A DNA stretch of 64,000 nt from Ylistrum balloti (Eukaryota). The notes beneath the pieces are model-generated. The model saw nothing but the letters and a program-made list of their open reading frames with translations, made no database searches and had not been told where the DNA came from. Location: positions 3,658,001 to 3,722,000 of the forward strand of contig NW_026781965.1 in NCBI RefSeq assembly GCF_031769215.1. Reading direction: 5' to 3'. Positions 41,453 to 53,948 of this stretch are shown piece after piece. Numbering within the stretch: the stretch's first letter is position 1; every line of letters starts with the position of its first letter. The position numbers were made by a program, and so were the translations under genes.

Positions 41453-41742
41453 ATTACACGAGAGCGTACACATAGGTGTATTTATATATATAGCGTTACA
41501 CGATAGTGTACACATAGGTTAAGATATATACAACGTTACACGATAGTGTACACATAGGTTAAGATATATACAACGTTACACGATAGTGTACACATAGGTG
41601 TAGATATATACAGCGCTACACGAGAGTGTACACATAGGTGTAGATATATACAGCGTTACACGATAGTGTACACATAGGTGTAGATATATACAACGTTACA
41701 CGATAGTGTACACATAGGTGTAGATATACACAGCGTTACACG
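41453..41742. repeat. 40-bp minisatellite, ~7 copies
   Basis: Unit cgttacacgatagtgtacacataggtgtagatatatacag. Confidence 0.93.
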
Positions 41743-42997
41743 ACTGTAGTGAACAGAGATACACTGTAGTGAACAGAGACACACTGTAGTGACAGAGACA
41801 CACTGTAGTGAACAGAGACATACTGTAGTGAACAGAGATACACTGTAGTGAACAGAGATACACTGTAGTGAACAGAGACACACTGTAGTGAACAGAGATA
41901 CACTGTAGTGAACAGAGATACACTGTAGTGAACAGAGACACACTGTAGTGAACAGAGACACACTGTAGTGAACAGAGACATACTGCAGAGACACACTGTA
42001 GTGAACAGAGACACACTGTAGTGAACAGAGATACACTGTAGTGAACATTGTACAGAGATACACTGTAGTGAACAGAGATACACTGTAGTGAACATGTACA
42101 GAAATACACTGTAGTGAACAGAGATACACTGTAGTGAACATTGTACAGAGATACACTGTAGTGAACAGAGATACACTGTAGTGAACAGAGACACACTGTA
42201 GTGAACAGAGATACACTGTAGTGAACAGATATACACGGTAGTGAACAGAGACACACTGTAGTGACAGAGACACACTGTAGTGAACAGAAATACACTGTAG
42301 TGAACAGAGACATACTACAGAGACACACTGTAGTGAACAGAGACACACTGTAGTGAACAGAGATACACTGTAGTGAACATTGTACAGAGATACACTGTAG
42401 TGAACAGAGATACACTGTAGTGACAGAGACACACTGTAGTGAACAGAGATACACTGTAGTGAACAGAGATACACGGTAGTGAACAGAGACACACTGTAGT
42501 GAACAGAGATACACTGTAGTGAACAGAGATACACTGTAGTGAACAGAGACACACTGTAGTGAACAGAGACACACTGTAGTGAACAGAGACACACTGTAGT
42601 GAACAGAGACACACTGTAGTGAACAGAGACACACTGTAGTGAACAGAGACACACTGTAGTGAACAGAGACACACTGTAGTGAACAGAGACACACTGTAGT
42701 GAACAGAGACACACTGTAGTGAACAGAGATACACTGTAATGAACATTGTACAGAGATACACTGTAGTGAACAGAGATACACTGTAGTGTACATGTACAGA
42801 GATACACTGTAGTGAACAGAGATACACTGTAGTGTACATGTACAGAGATACACTGTAGTGAACAGAGATACACTGTAGTGAACATTGTACAGAGATACAC
42901 CGTAGTGAACATTGTACAGAGATACACTGTAGTGAACAGAGATACACCGTAGTGAACATTGTACAGAGATACACTGTACACTGTACACTGTACACTG
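41743..42997. repeat. 20-bp minisatellite, ~60 copies
   Basis: Unit cactgtagtgaacagaga(c/t)a. Confidence 0.96.
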
Positions 42998-44323
42998 AAT
43001 GTGTAAATATAATAATAATTCTTGATAATGAAGTATTTGTTTAGAGATCGTAAGATTTGTTGATGAAATGTTATAGGTTATTCTAAAGATATTTGAGAAA
43101 CGATCACAAGTCATAAATTACATATAAGTGGTGTGACCACCGGATTTCGAAAGTTTTAGCTTATTTTTGTGAAATCTGATACTTATTTTGTAAAAGAAAA
43201 AAACCCCACAAAAACTGTACTTTTCACTCGATCATACAATGCGTTCGTTCCCTCTTGAAAACCGAGCGATATCACTTTCTAAATTACACTTCGCCTTTAG
43301 TAGTCATTTCATGTAATTAATCAACAAATATGTGCTATTCTGTATCCCATTCTAGATTTGTAGTGATAGGTGCTTTTCACGTGCGAGTCTTTTAAAGACA
43401 TTTCGAATACAAGTAAGTAAACAACGAAAGGCAAAGACAATCATCGGCGTATAGGATGTGATGAGCCATTCACTGTTCAACATTCTTTTATTGGACTGCA
43501 TCGACCTTCTGTCTATTCGAGAATTTTTTTTTTCGTAAAGTTACAAGTCTGAATACCCCTTTTCAAACTGATAAAATATATAAAACTTTTGGTTATCTGA
43601 AAGATGTTGGTCTATATTATAGAATCCGACTTACCATTTTAATCTTTAAAGTGATAATATAATCATTTTAGACTTCAAGCATTTGTCGTTTACTTTTTAG
43701 TTAGTTTCATGTTATTTCCTTTTGGATCGCTGTGTCTTTCACCAGTTGGTGGTCCTAATGACCTTTTACGTGTTCACGGGCCATAAAGATTGTAATAACA
43801 ATAATAATATTTTTTGTGCCAGTCAACTTTCTGAGATTAACAAAGACAGGGTATTGGTATACAGAAAAGCTTCCCGTCCTTTTTTCCTCTATAATATTTT
43901 CTAATTCCGTAAATATTTTAGACATCTGAAATTACAAGTTATTTAAACAAGAGATATCTATTTTATATTTTGACATGAAAATATTTTTTCTTTTTTTTTC
44001 TCCGTTCGGATTTCCTTTGTCAGCTTTCATTATATAGAAATATGAAGTAAGAACTTGATGACACAAATAGAGAAAACCAAAAATGAAACAACAGAAAAAA
44101 CATTTAATTGACTTTCTCAATAGTACAAATCACAGTTTATCATTGTTTATAATCGATTCAAAGTATGCACGTGTCATTATGTCATTGACCCGATGGGTTT
44201 ATCCTTTATATAGAATATCATGTTCCTTTCACGGTCAACTGGTACTCATTGTTACGTATAATGAGAAACACGCATTTGAGCGATCCAAAGTCACTGATAT
44301 TTCCAGAGCTGAGCTCCTTCTTA

Positions 44324-45115
44324 TTATTCTTCATCGGAGGAAGAGGAGGTCGCAGCTACGGCGAGAGGAATCAAGAACACACATGAAATGACGACGGTCC
44401 CGAAAACGAACAACGAGAAGAAAAATCCGTCCAGTGTGCCCCCGACCACCCGCCATGTTATACCTTTTATATCAGCATTGTTTGGCTTGGCTTTTTTCAC
44501 CTCCGTCTTCCGTTTCCCTTCATCGTCTGAATCTTCCTCCTCTTCCTCCTCCGACGACGATTCTTCTTCCTCTACTTCCTGTCCCGGTTTGGGTTCTTCT
44601 ATAGCCTCCAGCTTTTGTCCACACCACTTCTTACACTTTCTGCAGGTAATGAATGCCACCACGTGTTTTAGCCACATGGGTACTGGGCTGTCATCATCCT
44701 GGTGATACACTCGTAGTGTCATGATAGTAATCACGGTCGATAAGGCGCTCATAATCAACATCAACGTCAGGAAGAAGCATAGCAGAGACATTGGTTCAGA
44801 AGATTTGGGAAGGTTATCAGACACCATGGTCAAAAACACAGCAAATGTGAGGAAAGCGGTGATAGCATACCCAACGCGTTCACCGGAATCAGCCGGGAGA
44901 AGGAATACCAGACCGTTAAGCATACCGAGGATAAGAATGGGAATGATCATGTTAACCAGAAAGTAGCCCGGTTTCCGAGCCAGATTAAGGGAGTAATCGA
45001 GGTAGGAGGCCGAGGCGGAGGAGAGCGCTTCCACGGTGGTGCTAGTCAAAGTCCATTCCACGTTCGGCATGAAAAGATCGGTGTTCATACCTGTACTGGT
45101 AGTGTTTAGTCGAAC
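44324..45115 (-). CDS. nAChR-like subunit G4, coding exon 2
   Basis: Acceptor ctgtttcAG|GTT at 45116/45115 is in frame with ORF 44324..45088. M1-M4 present. Confidence 0.93.
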   Translation of the reverse strand, partial: VRLNTTSTGMNTDLFMPNVEWTLTSTTVEALSSASASYLDYSLNLARKPGYFLVNMIIPILILGMLNGLVFLLPADSGERVGYAITAFLTFAVFLTMVSDNLPKSSEPMSLLCFFLTLMLIMSALSTVITIMTLRVYHQDDDSPVPMWLKHVVAFITCRKCKKWCGQKLEAIEEPKPGQEVEEEESSSEEEEEEDSDDEGKRKTEVKKAKPNNADIKGITWRVVGGTLDGFFFSLFVFGTVVISCVFLIPLAVAATSSSSDEE

Positions 45116-46156
45116 CTGAAACAGTTAACATTATTAATAAGTACCCCGACCCTAGTTGATGCTGTATGTCATACGTGTAACAGTAACGAGCCTAATTAGG
45201 ACTCAAAGTTAATATTAACGAACAGCCGTAAATGTACACTAGCCAAAAGAATACCCCGAGTTGATGCTAATTTTGTCACACCTGTTATCATAAATAAATG
45301 TACTTGATGCTAATTTTGTCACACCTGTTATCATAAAAAAGAATACCCCGAGTTGATGCTAATTTTGTCACACCTGTTATCATAAATGAGCCAAGATGAT
45401 ACCCCGACTTGATGCTAATTTTGTCACACCTGTTATCATAAATGAGCCAAGATGATACCCCGACTTGATGCTAATTTTGTCACACCTGTTATCATAAATG
45501 AGCCAAGATGATACCCCGAGTTGATACTAATTTTGTCACACCTGTTATCATAAATGAGCCAAGATGATACCCAGACTTGATGCTAATTTTGTCACACCTG
45601 TTATCATAAATGAGCCAAGATGATACCCCGACTTGATGCTAATTTTGTCACACCTGTTATCATAAATGAGCCAAGATGATACCCAGACTTGATGCTAATT
45701 TTGTCACACCTGTTATAATAAATGAGCCAAGATGATACCCCGAGTTGATGCTAATTTTGTCACACCTGTTATCATAAATGAGCCTAGATAATACCCCGAG
45801 TTGATGCTGATTTTGTCACACCTGTTATCATAAATGAGCCAAGATGATACCCCGACTTGATGCTAATTTTGTCACACCTGTTATCATAAATGAGCCAAGA
45901 TGATACCCGGACTTGATGCTAATTTTGTCACACCTGTTATCATAAATGAGCCAAGATGATACCCCGAATTGATGTTAATTTTGTCACATCTGTTATCATA
46001 CATGAGCCAAGATAATACCCCGAGTTGATGCTAATTTTGTCACACCTGTTATCATAAATGAGCCTAGATAATATCCCGAGTTGATGCTAATTTTCTCACA
46101 TCTATAACGCTTTCTGAGAGGCACAAAGAAGAGGTAGTGTTATTTAGTTTAGTTAC
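45116..46156 (-). other. G4 intron (1041 nt, phase 0, GT-AG)
   Basis: CAG|GTAACT ... ttcAG|GTT. Same codon position as the G3 intron. Confidence 0.9.
45248..46100. repeat. 56-bp minisatellite inside the G4 intron, ~15 copies
   Basis: Unit ataccccgagttgatgctaattttgtcacacctgttatcataaatgagccaagatg. Confidence 0.96.
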
Positions 46157-46705
46157 CTGTGTGTCTGTGTATCCCCAAGGTGTAAAGGAAATCTTGCAAA
46201 CTTGTTTGTCGAAGGGGTAGTAAGACACGTCTACGGAACAGGCCGACTTGGACACGACGCCAATCTGCCATTCACAAACGCCATCTTTATTAATCCGTAT
46301 TTTATAGGAATTGTCGCCCATTTCAGTGAGAGATTCGACAGAGTTTGAAAGAACCAGAGATGGCCTCCAGAAATTATTCTGTCCCAAAATCACCTCCTGC
46401 ATCGCGTTGATGGAGCTATTCCACATCAGAAGTTCATTCGTCCATGTCAGCACCGTATATCCCACAAGATCTAGGTATCCGTTCAGTTCATTCAACTGTG
46501 TAATTGCTACAAGATAAAACTGCATGTCTACTTCCACTTTATCTGTTTGTGCATTCCGCGGAAAAATCTTCAAGTTGTATGTACTAAAGGGAGGACTGTC
46601 TATCCATGATCGATAATCTGTGGCTGTCTGGGCGTTTAGTAGGTCTACAGTAAACAGAATAGTCACCCAAAACATCATACACTGTATCAGTCGCAACGAA
46701 CCCAT
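46157..46705 (-). CDS. nAChR-like subunit G4, coding exon 1 (joined protein 446 aa)
   Basis: The track ORF opens on TTG at 46735. First ATG is 46705 (MGSLRLIQCMMFWV). Cys loop CSVDVSYYPFDKQVC, loop B TPWGY. Confidence 0.93.
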
Positions 46706-46957
46706 ATCGTATGTTATCGGAATAACACGAAACAAGAAATATCCATCAGAATTCCTTTTCTGTTAGTTTCTCATTTGAAATATGGCGTAGGTGATGTGAT
46801 TTAAAGTATAGTTGGTCGGGTGCTCTCCTGTTAGGTTGAAACAATGTCTTTGAGAGGCAACAGTGCGTGTCAACCAACCTTAAATTAAACATGCGCATTG
46901 ACGACTATATTGTTTTAATAGGACACGATTTAAATAGCTTATACCAAGACGCACATA

Positions 46958-47478
46958 ACCGGTCAGTCGATATTACAATAACACTGATTACGTCCGTGTG
47001 TGACCGGTCAGTCGATATTACAATAACACTGATTACGTCCGTGTGTGATCGGTCAGTCGATATTACAATAACACTGATTACGTCCGTGTGTGAACGGTCA
47101 GTCGATATTACAATAACACTGATTACGTCCGTGTGAGACCGGTCAGTCGATATTACAACAACACTGATTACGTCCGTGTGTGACCGGTCAGTCGATATTA
47201 CAACAACACTGATTACGTCCGTGTGTGACCGGTAAATCGAATAGATAATAACACTGATTACGTCCGTGTGTGAACGGTCAGTCGATATTACAATAACACT
47301 GATTACGTCCGTGTGTGACCGGTAAATCGAATAGATAATAACACTGATTACGTCCGTGTGTGAACGGTCAGTCGATATTACAATAACACTGATTACGTCC
47401 GTGTGAGACCGGTAAATCGAATAGACAATAACACTGATTACGTCCGTGTGTGACCGGTAAATCGAATAGATAATAACA
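46958..47478. repeat. 45-bp minisatellite, ~11 copies
   Basis: Unit accggtcagtcgatattacaataacactgattacgtccgtgtgtg. Confidence 0.95.
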
Positions 47479-47574
47479 TACTATGCCGAAAAGAAACAGA
47501 CGTCGTATATGACCGTTAAATCATAATAAACAGTTTGTGATCGTCAAATCTTAAGAAGATTGTCAAATCAAAAT

Positions 47575-48411
47575 GACGCCTGTTTGTGATCGATAAATCA
47601 CACGACGTCTGTTTGTGATCGATAAATCACACGACGTCTGTTTGTGATCGATAAATCACACGACGTCTGTTTGTGATCGATAAATCACACGACGTCTGTT
47701 TGTGATCGATAAATCACACGACGTCTGTTTGTGATCGATAAATCACACGACGTCTGTTTGTGATCGATAAATCACACGACGTCTGTTTGTGATCGATAAA
47801 TCACACGACGTCTGTTTGTGATCGATAAATCACACGACGTCTGTTTGTGATCGATAAATCACACGACGTCTGTTTGTGATCTATAAATCACACGACGTCT
47901 GTTTGTGATCGATAAATCACACGACGTCTGTTTGTGATCGATAAATCACACGACGTCTGTTTGTGATCAATAAATCACACGACGTCTGTTTGTGATCTAT
48001 AAATCACACGACGTCTGTTTGTGATCTATAAATCACACGACGTCTGTTTGTGATCTATAAATCACACGACGTCTGTTTGTGATCTATAAATCACACGACG
48101 TCTGTTTGTGATCAATACATTACATGACGTCTGTTGGTGATCTATACATCACACGACGTCTGTTTGTGATCGATAAATCACACGACGTCTGTTTGTGATC
48201 TATAAATCACACGACGTCTGTTTGTGATCTATACATCACACGACGTCTGTTTGTGATCGATAAATCACACGACGTCTGTTTGTGATCTATAAATCACACG
48301 ACGTCTGTTTGTGATCGATAAATCACACGACGTCTGTTTGTGATCTATAAATCACACGACGTCTGTTTGTGATCGATACACCCCACGACGTCTGTTTGTG
48401 ATCGATAAATC
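47575..48411. repeat. 29-bp minisatellite, ~29 copies
   Basis: Unit tgtttgtgatcgataaatcacacgacgtc with an internal dyad TGTGAT-N6-ATCACA. Confidence 0.96.
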
Positions 48412-48446
48412 TCGTTTTTTGTGATCTGTAGGTCACACGGATACAA

Positions 48447-49700
48447 TTAATTAGAAACTTGTTGCACTTTGATGTAAAAGACAAGTGACACACATAAATA
48501 GATTATCCAATAAGTCATAAAGAAGATCTTGTCCAACGCTTTCCCGATCATTTCCCCATCATATTCATTTACAGACTTGTCACCAGTCCGGTCTTCACTA
48601 CTCGCGGTGCCGGATTCTCTATTGGTCACAGACATTTTTCCTATTTCGACATCTTTTTTAGGACCGCTGAAATACCCAAACCGACTACAATTTGTTATGT
48701 CCACCAGTGTTTTTAAGTACTTTGGTACTGGTAAATTTCTTTTTTCGAAATGAAACCTTAAATTGAACACAGTGGCAAAAGTTATTGTAGAACTCAGAAG
48801 TAACATAATCAGCATATAGTAGGAAAGAAGAGGCATCGGGAACGAGGCTTGAGGTAAGCTTGCACTCATCAAGCTGAGGAAGACGGCAAATGTGAGGAAG
48901 GCAGCAATAGCATAGCCTACTCGTTCACCGGTATTCGATGGTAACAGAAACACAAGTGTGTTCAGAATCGCCAACAGAAAAATAGGCAGTGCCATGTTTA
49001 TCATGAAAAATGTTGGTTTTCGAGCAAGTGAAATTGTAAATAACAAGAAGGCTTGTCTTCTTACGACCCTCATGCTGACTTCCGTTTCCGTTACATTCCA
49101 CTCTTCACTGCCGACAAATTCATCTGTCAGAAAGCCCGATTCGTGCATGTTGAAATCTATTTCGGTATTGATGTAACTCATTGGAGTTAAAATCAAGGTG
49201 CATTTCTGAACGTCAAATGGGTAGTTTGTAGCATCAACGGCGCACCCCGTCCTACTCACCATCCCGAATGCCCATGTTACGTCTCCAGAAGTCATGTCAA
49301 TGCGAACATTATGGAAACCCTGTCCCAAGGTCGATGCCATTGAATCCACGGAATTGAATATGGAAATTGTTGGAGTCCAAATAAATTCCGATGGAAACGA
49401 GAGTTGTTGAAATATATGATGAGATTTGTTGAATGTTGCGGTGACAAGTTCGTCGTTCCAGTGCATTTGAATGTTACCAACCATGTTTAGATGTCCAGTT
49501 ATCTCGTCAAAGTGGGTAATGGCGGCTATGCTGAAGGACAGCGCTATCTCTACTGGGCGCGACTGGTTATGACGGGGGAATACATTATTACTATACGGAC
49601 ATAAAGAACAAAACGTTCGGTTTACAAAGTCCAGGACGGTGTCCGTCGTTTGTCCGATACACGGGACTGTACACAGGTATATCAATAGAAGCATATACAT
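48447..49700 (-). CDS. nAChR-like subunit G5 (417 aa, intronless CDS)
   Basis: Signal peptide, Cys loop CAVDATNYPFDVQKC, M2 GERVGYAIAAFLTFAVF, four TM segments. Confidence 0.95.
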   Translation of the reverse strand: MYMLLLIYLCTVPCIGQTTDTVLDFVNRTFCSLCPYSNNVFPRHNQSRPVEIALSFSIAAITHFDEITGHLNMVGNIQMHWNDELVTATFNKSHHIFQQLSFPSEFIWTPTISIFNSVDSMASTLGQGFHNVRIDMTSGDVTWAFGMVSRTGCAVDATNYPFDVQKCTLILTPMSYINTEIDFNMHESGFLTDEFVGSEEWNVTETEVSMRVVRRQAFLLFTISLARKPTFFMINMALPIFLLAILNTLVFLLPSNTGERVGYAIAAFLTFAVFLSLMSASLPQASFPMPLLSYYMLIMLLLSSTITFATVFNLRFHFEKRNLPVPKYLKTLVDITNCSRFGYFSGPKKDVEIGKMSVTNRESGTASSEDRTGDKSVNEYDGEMIGKALDKIFFMTYWIIYLCVSLVFYIKVQQVSN

Positions 49701-51054
49701 GTTTCTGTTTCAGCTGCTGCTGACGATGATGAGTATGATGCAGATGGATGTATTTTCGACTTTTTGAAACTGCACTTGAAGTTCTCATTCACCGTGGTAA
49801 GAATGCGCCATGCATTTCACACCATCACACAAAGTGATAAATTTCTCTCTGTTTCACGTATTGTCCGTTAAACTTCCCCTTTACAATCAGCTATTTATTT
49901 GTTCACATTTCAAGTAGAAAATAAATGCCTCTAAATAAAAAGGGAGATTTAAGATTAAATTCTGGAGAAATAAGTGTACCGGAATGATTCGGCTGTGACT
50001 GCGTCTGAACAATGAGCTAATCGTTTATTAATGTAATCTGACAGTCGTTCATTCAGTGCACCCAATTTCTTATCTAACTGGAGAAATTTTATATGTTTAC
50101 GTCAAGTCATTAAACAAGGGTAATAAATATCAAATGTTACTGGAAATATTGAAATCAACGACTACATCTTACCTGTTAAATGACGTCCGCTTCATTTCGT
50201 CTTTTCTGATTGGGTGGCCTTACCTGAATATCCCATCCAGTCGAAGTTACCTATGGAAGACTTCTACACACGTTTGTTATATATCCAACATCACATCCAT
50301 CAACATATACACTGTTCATGTTTCACCGTACAGTAAATTATAACGAACACGGCTACAGCTAATGTACGCTTAGTACGAAGTCGTGTCGTTTTTCCGGTCA
50401 AATGACTATTATGCTCATTGTAAATTTTTTAGAATAAAACGAATTTGGATATAACGAATTCCAATGTTTAGGTCCGCTGGAGCAAAATCTCTCACAAACC
50501 TTTCTGATTAGTACGAGCTGTCATCATAAACTCCCGGTCGGTATAATATTAGGACTCAACGTGGAAATCAAACGAAATACTAGCGGATTGTTTTAAGTTG
50601 CAGTATCTATGTCGTATATATAGTACATTGTACATGCAGTATAACTTTGTATAGAAATTCAATTGTTTTATGATATATATATATGTTTTAATTTGAGAAA
50701 TGTTAGAAGCTACATTGTGTGCATAATATCATTATAGATACCTTTGCATATGTTTGTGTTCAAAACGTCATCCATTCTGTAAGAAGGCGGGTGGGGAGGG
50801 GTTGTAAGGGATAAAATTCTTACAAATTAATACAGATATTAACGTCCTATTAATTGATTTTGTGATATTTTGCTTATTACGAATTTTCAAATGCTTTTAG
50901 CAATAATTCGTAATAACGTTATTGCAAACTACAGTTATGGTTCTCAGAGATTCGTTATAACCGTGTATTACTGTGCTTGTTAACCATCAATATGTGTTAC
51001 ATGTGTGAACAATAATCTGTGTGTAAAATGTTGATACGTTACCTTGTAAAATGT

Positions 51055-53009
51055 TACTGTACACACGTTTTACATGTTATGTACCTGTATACTGTACACA
51101 CGTTTTACATGTAACGTACCTGTATACTGTACACACGTTTTACATGTAACGTACCTGTATACTGTACACACGTTTTACATGTAACGTACCTGTATACTGT
51201 ACACATGTTTTACATGTAACGTACCTGTATACTGTACACATGCATTACATGTAACGTACCTGTATACTGTACAGGTTTTACATGTAACGTACCTGTATAC
51301 TGTACACACGTTTTACATGTAACGTGCCTGTATACTGTACACACGTTTTACATGTAACGTACCTGTATACTGTACACACGTTTTACATGTTATGTACCTG
51401 TATACTGTACACAGGTTTTACATGTAACGTACCTGTATACTGTACACATGTTTTACATGTAACGTACCTGTATACTGTACACATGCATTACATGTAACGT
51501 ACCTGTATACTGTACAGGTTTTACATGTAACGTATCTGTATACTGTACACACGTTTTACATGTAACGTACCTGTATACTGTACACATGTTTTACATGTAA
51601 CGTACCTGTATACTGTACACACGTTTTAAATGTAACGTACCTGTATACTGTACACATGTTTTACATGTAACGTGCCTGTATACTGTACACGTGTTTTACA
51701 TATAACGTACCTGTATACTGTGCAGGTTTTACATGTAAAGTACCTGTATACTGTACACACGTTTTACATGTAACGTACCTGTATACTGTACACGTTTTAC
51801 ATGTAACGTACCCGTATACTGTAAACATGTATTACATGTAACGTACCTGTATACTGTACACACGTTTTACATGTAACGTACCTGTATACTGTGCACGTTT
51901 TACATGTAACGTACCTGTATACTGTACACACGTTTTACATGTAACGTACCTGTATACTGTACACGTTTTACATGTAACGTACCTGTATACTGTACACACG
52001 TTTTACATGGAACGTACCTGTATACTGTACACACGTTTTACATGTTATGTATCTGTATACTGTACACATGTTTTACATGTAACGTACCTGTATACTGTAC
52101 ACACGTTTTACATGGAACGTACCTGTATACTGTACACACGTTTTACATGTAACGTACCTGTATACTGTACACACGTTTTACATGGAACGTACCTGTATAC
52201 TGTACACACGTTTTACATGTAACGTACCTGTATACTGTACACACGTTTTACATGGAACGTACCTGTATACTGTACACACGTTTTACATGTAACGTACCTG
52301 TATACTGTACACGTTTTACATGTAACGTACCTGTATACTGTACACACGTTTTACATGGAACGTACCTGTATACTGTACACACGTTTTACATGTTATGTAT
52401 CTGTATACTGTACACATGTTTTACATGTAACGTACCTGTATACTGTACACGTTTTACATGTAACGTACCCGTATACTGTACACATGTATTACATGTAACG
52501 TACCTGTATACTGTACACGTGTTTTACATATAACGTATCTGTATACTGTACACACGTTTTACATGGAACGTACCTGTATACTGTACACACGTTTTACATG
52601 TTATGTATCTGTATACTGTACACATGTTTTACATGTAACGTACCTGTATACTGTACACGTTTTACATGGAACGTACCTGTATACTGTACACACGTTTTAC
52701 ATATTATGTATCTGTATACTGTACACATGTTTTACATGTAACGTACCTGTATACTGTACACACGTTTTACATGTAACGTACCTGTATACTGTGCACGTTT
52801 TACATGTTATGTACCTGTATACTGTACACACGTTTTACATGTAACGTACCTGTATACTGTACCAACGTTTTACATGTTATGTATCTGTATACTGTACACG
52901 TTTTACATGTTATGTACCTGTATACTGTACACACGTTTTACATGTAACGTACCTGTATACTGTACACGTGTATTACATGTTACGTTCCTATGTTCTGTAC
53001 ACATGTTTT
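51055..53009. repeat. 35-bp (33-bp variant) minisatellite, ~56 copies
   Basis: Unit tacatgtaacgtacctgtatactgtacacacgttt. Confidence 0.97.
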
Positions 53010-53651
53010 TTACCGATTTTCAGTATACATTTAGTTTTAACTTTTAACTATTAGCTTTTCCCACGTGTATATCTTGTTTTGACTGTTTTCGTCACCTAAA
53101 TCGGATGTGTCCTTACACTAGGGTAGGATTCTATAAATCACAGAACTCATTTTCATTACAAGAGAAAATTCAAATCTATTTCTCTGTGAGACAGCCGAAC
53201 AAGACATTTTCCATTGGCATTTGACGTCATTAAGTTTATACTCCTCGTGACACTGGGTAATTTCAATATAGGTTATTACAGACCAGGCATGCTAAGTGAT
53301 AGATATAGAGGTAGAAATGTATTTATATAATGTTCAACCTTTTAAACTTTTAAACATGAAAGGGATTTTGTATTTTGTGTAGGGTGTTACATTAAAGTTG
53401 TGTTATGAAATATATGCAAGATTTCAGCATTAAGGTTCTTACATGCCTGGTTGAAGTGATTCTGTCTTCAACAAATAACAAGTCTACACTCAAAGTATGT
53501 ACAAAACGACTAGTTTATTGTAAATCATTTAATGTTATCTGTATTGAGTTAACTGGAAGTACTCGGCATTGTTTACAGTGAAACCACAGTCCAGGGGTAC
53601 CATACATATTTACCATATTTATATTTATCACAACGACGTCGTTTTTGGCGT

Positions 53652-53895
53652 GTTACAAGTCTTTATACTTCAGTCCCACCAATAGTCTCGTGTAGTTACA
53701 AGTCTTTATACTCCAGTCCCACTAATAGTCTCGTGTAGTTACAAGTCTTTATACTCCAGTCCCACTAATAGTCTCGTGTAGTTACAAGTCTTTATACTCC
53801 AGTCCCACCAATAGTTCGTGTAGTTACAAGCCATCATACTCCAGTCCCACCAATATTTTCGTGTAGTTACAAGGCTTTATACTTCAGTCACAAAA
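53652..53895. repeat. 43-bp tandem repeat, ~6 copies, just 3' of G6
   Basis: Unit gttacaagtctttatactccagtcccactaatagtctcgtgta. Confidence 0.92.
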
Positions 53896-53948
53896 TATTC
53901 TCGAGTACAGATCCTGTAGTCAAAGAATTTTCCGGAAGTACAATGAAA

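Noticed and set aside
41656-43114. Overlapping ORFs of 179-472 aa
   Set aside because: Artefacts of the 20-bp repeat, open in multiple frames.
47575-48411. Resemblance to the bacterial CRP site TGTGA-N6-TCACA
   Set aside because: Spacing here is N8 and the genome is animal.
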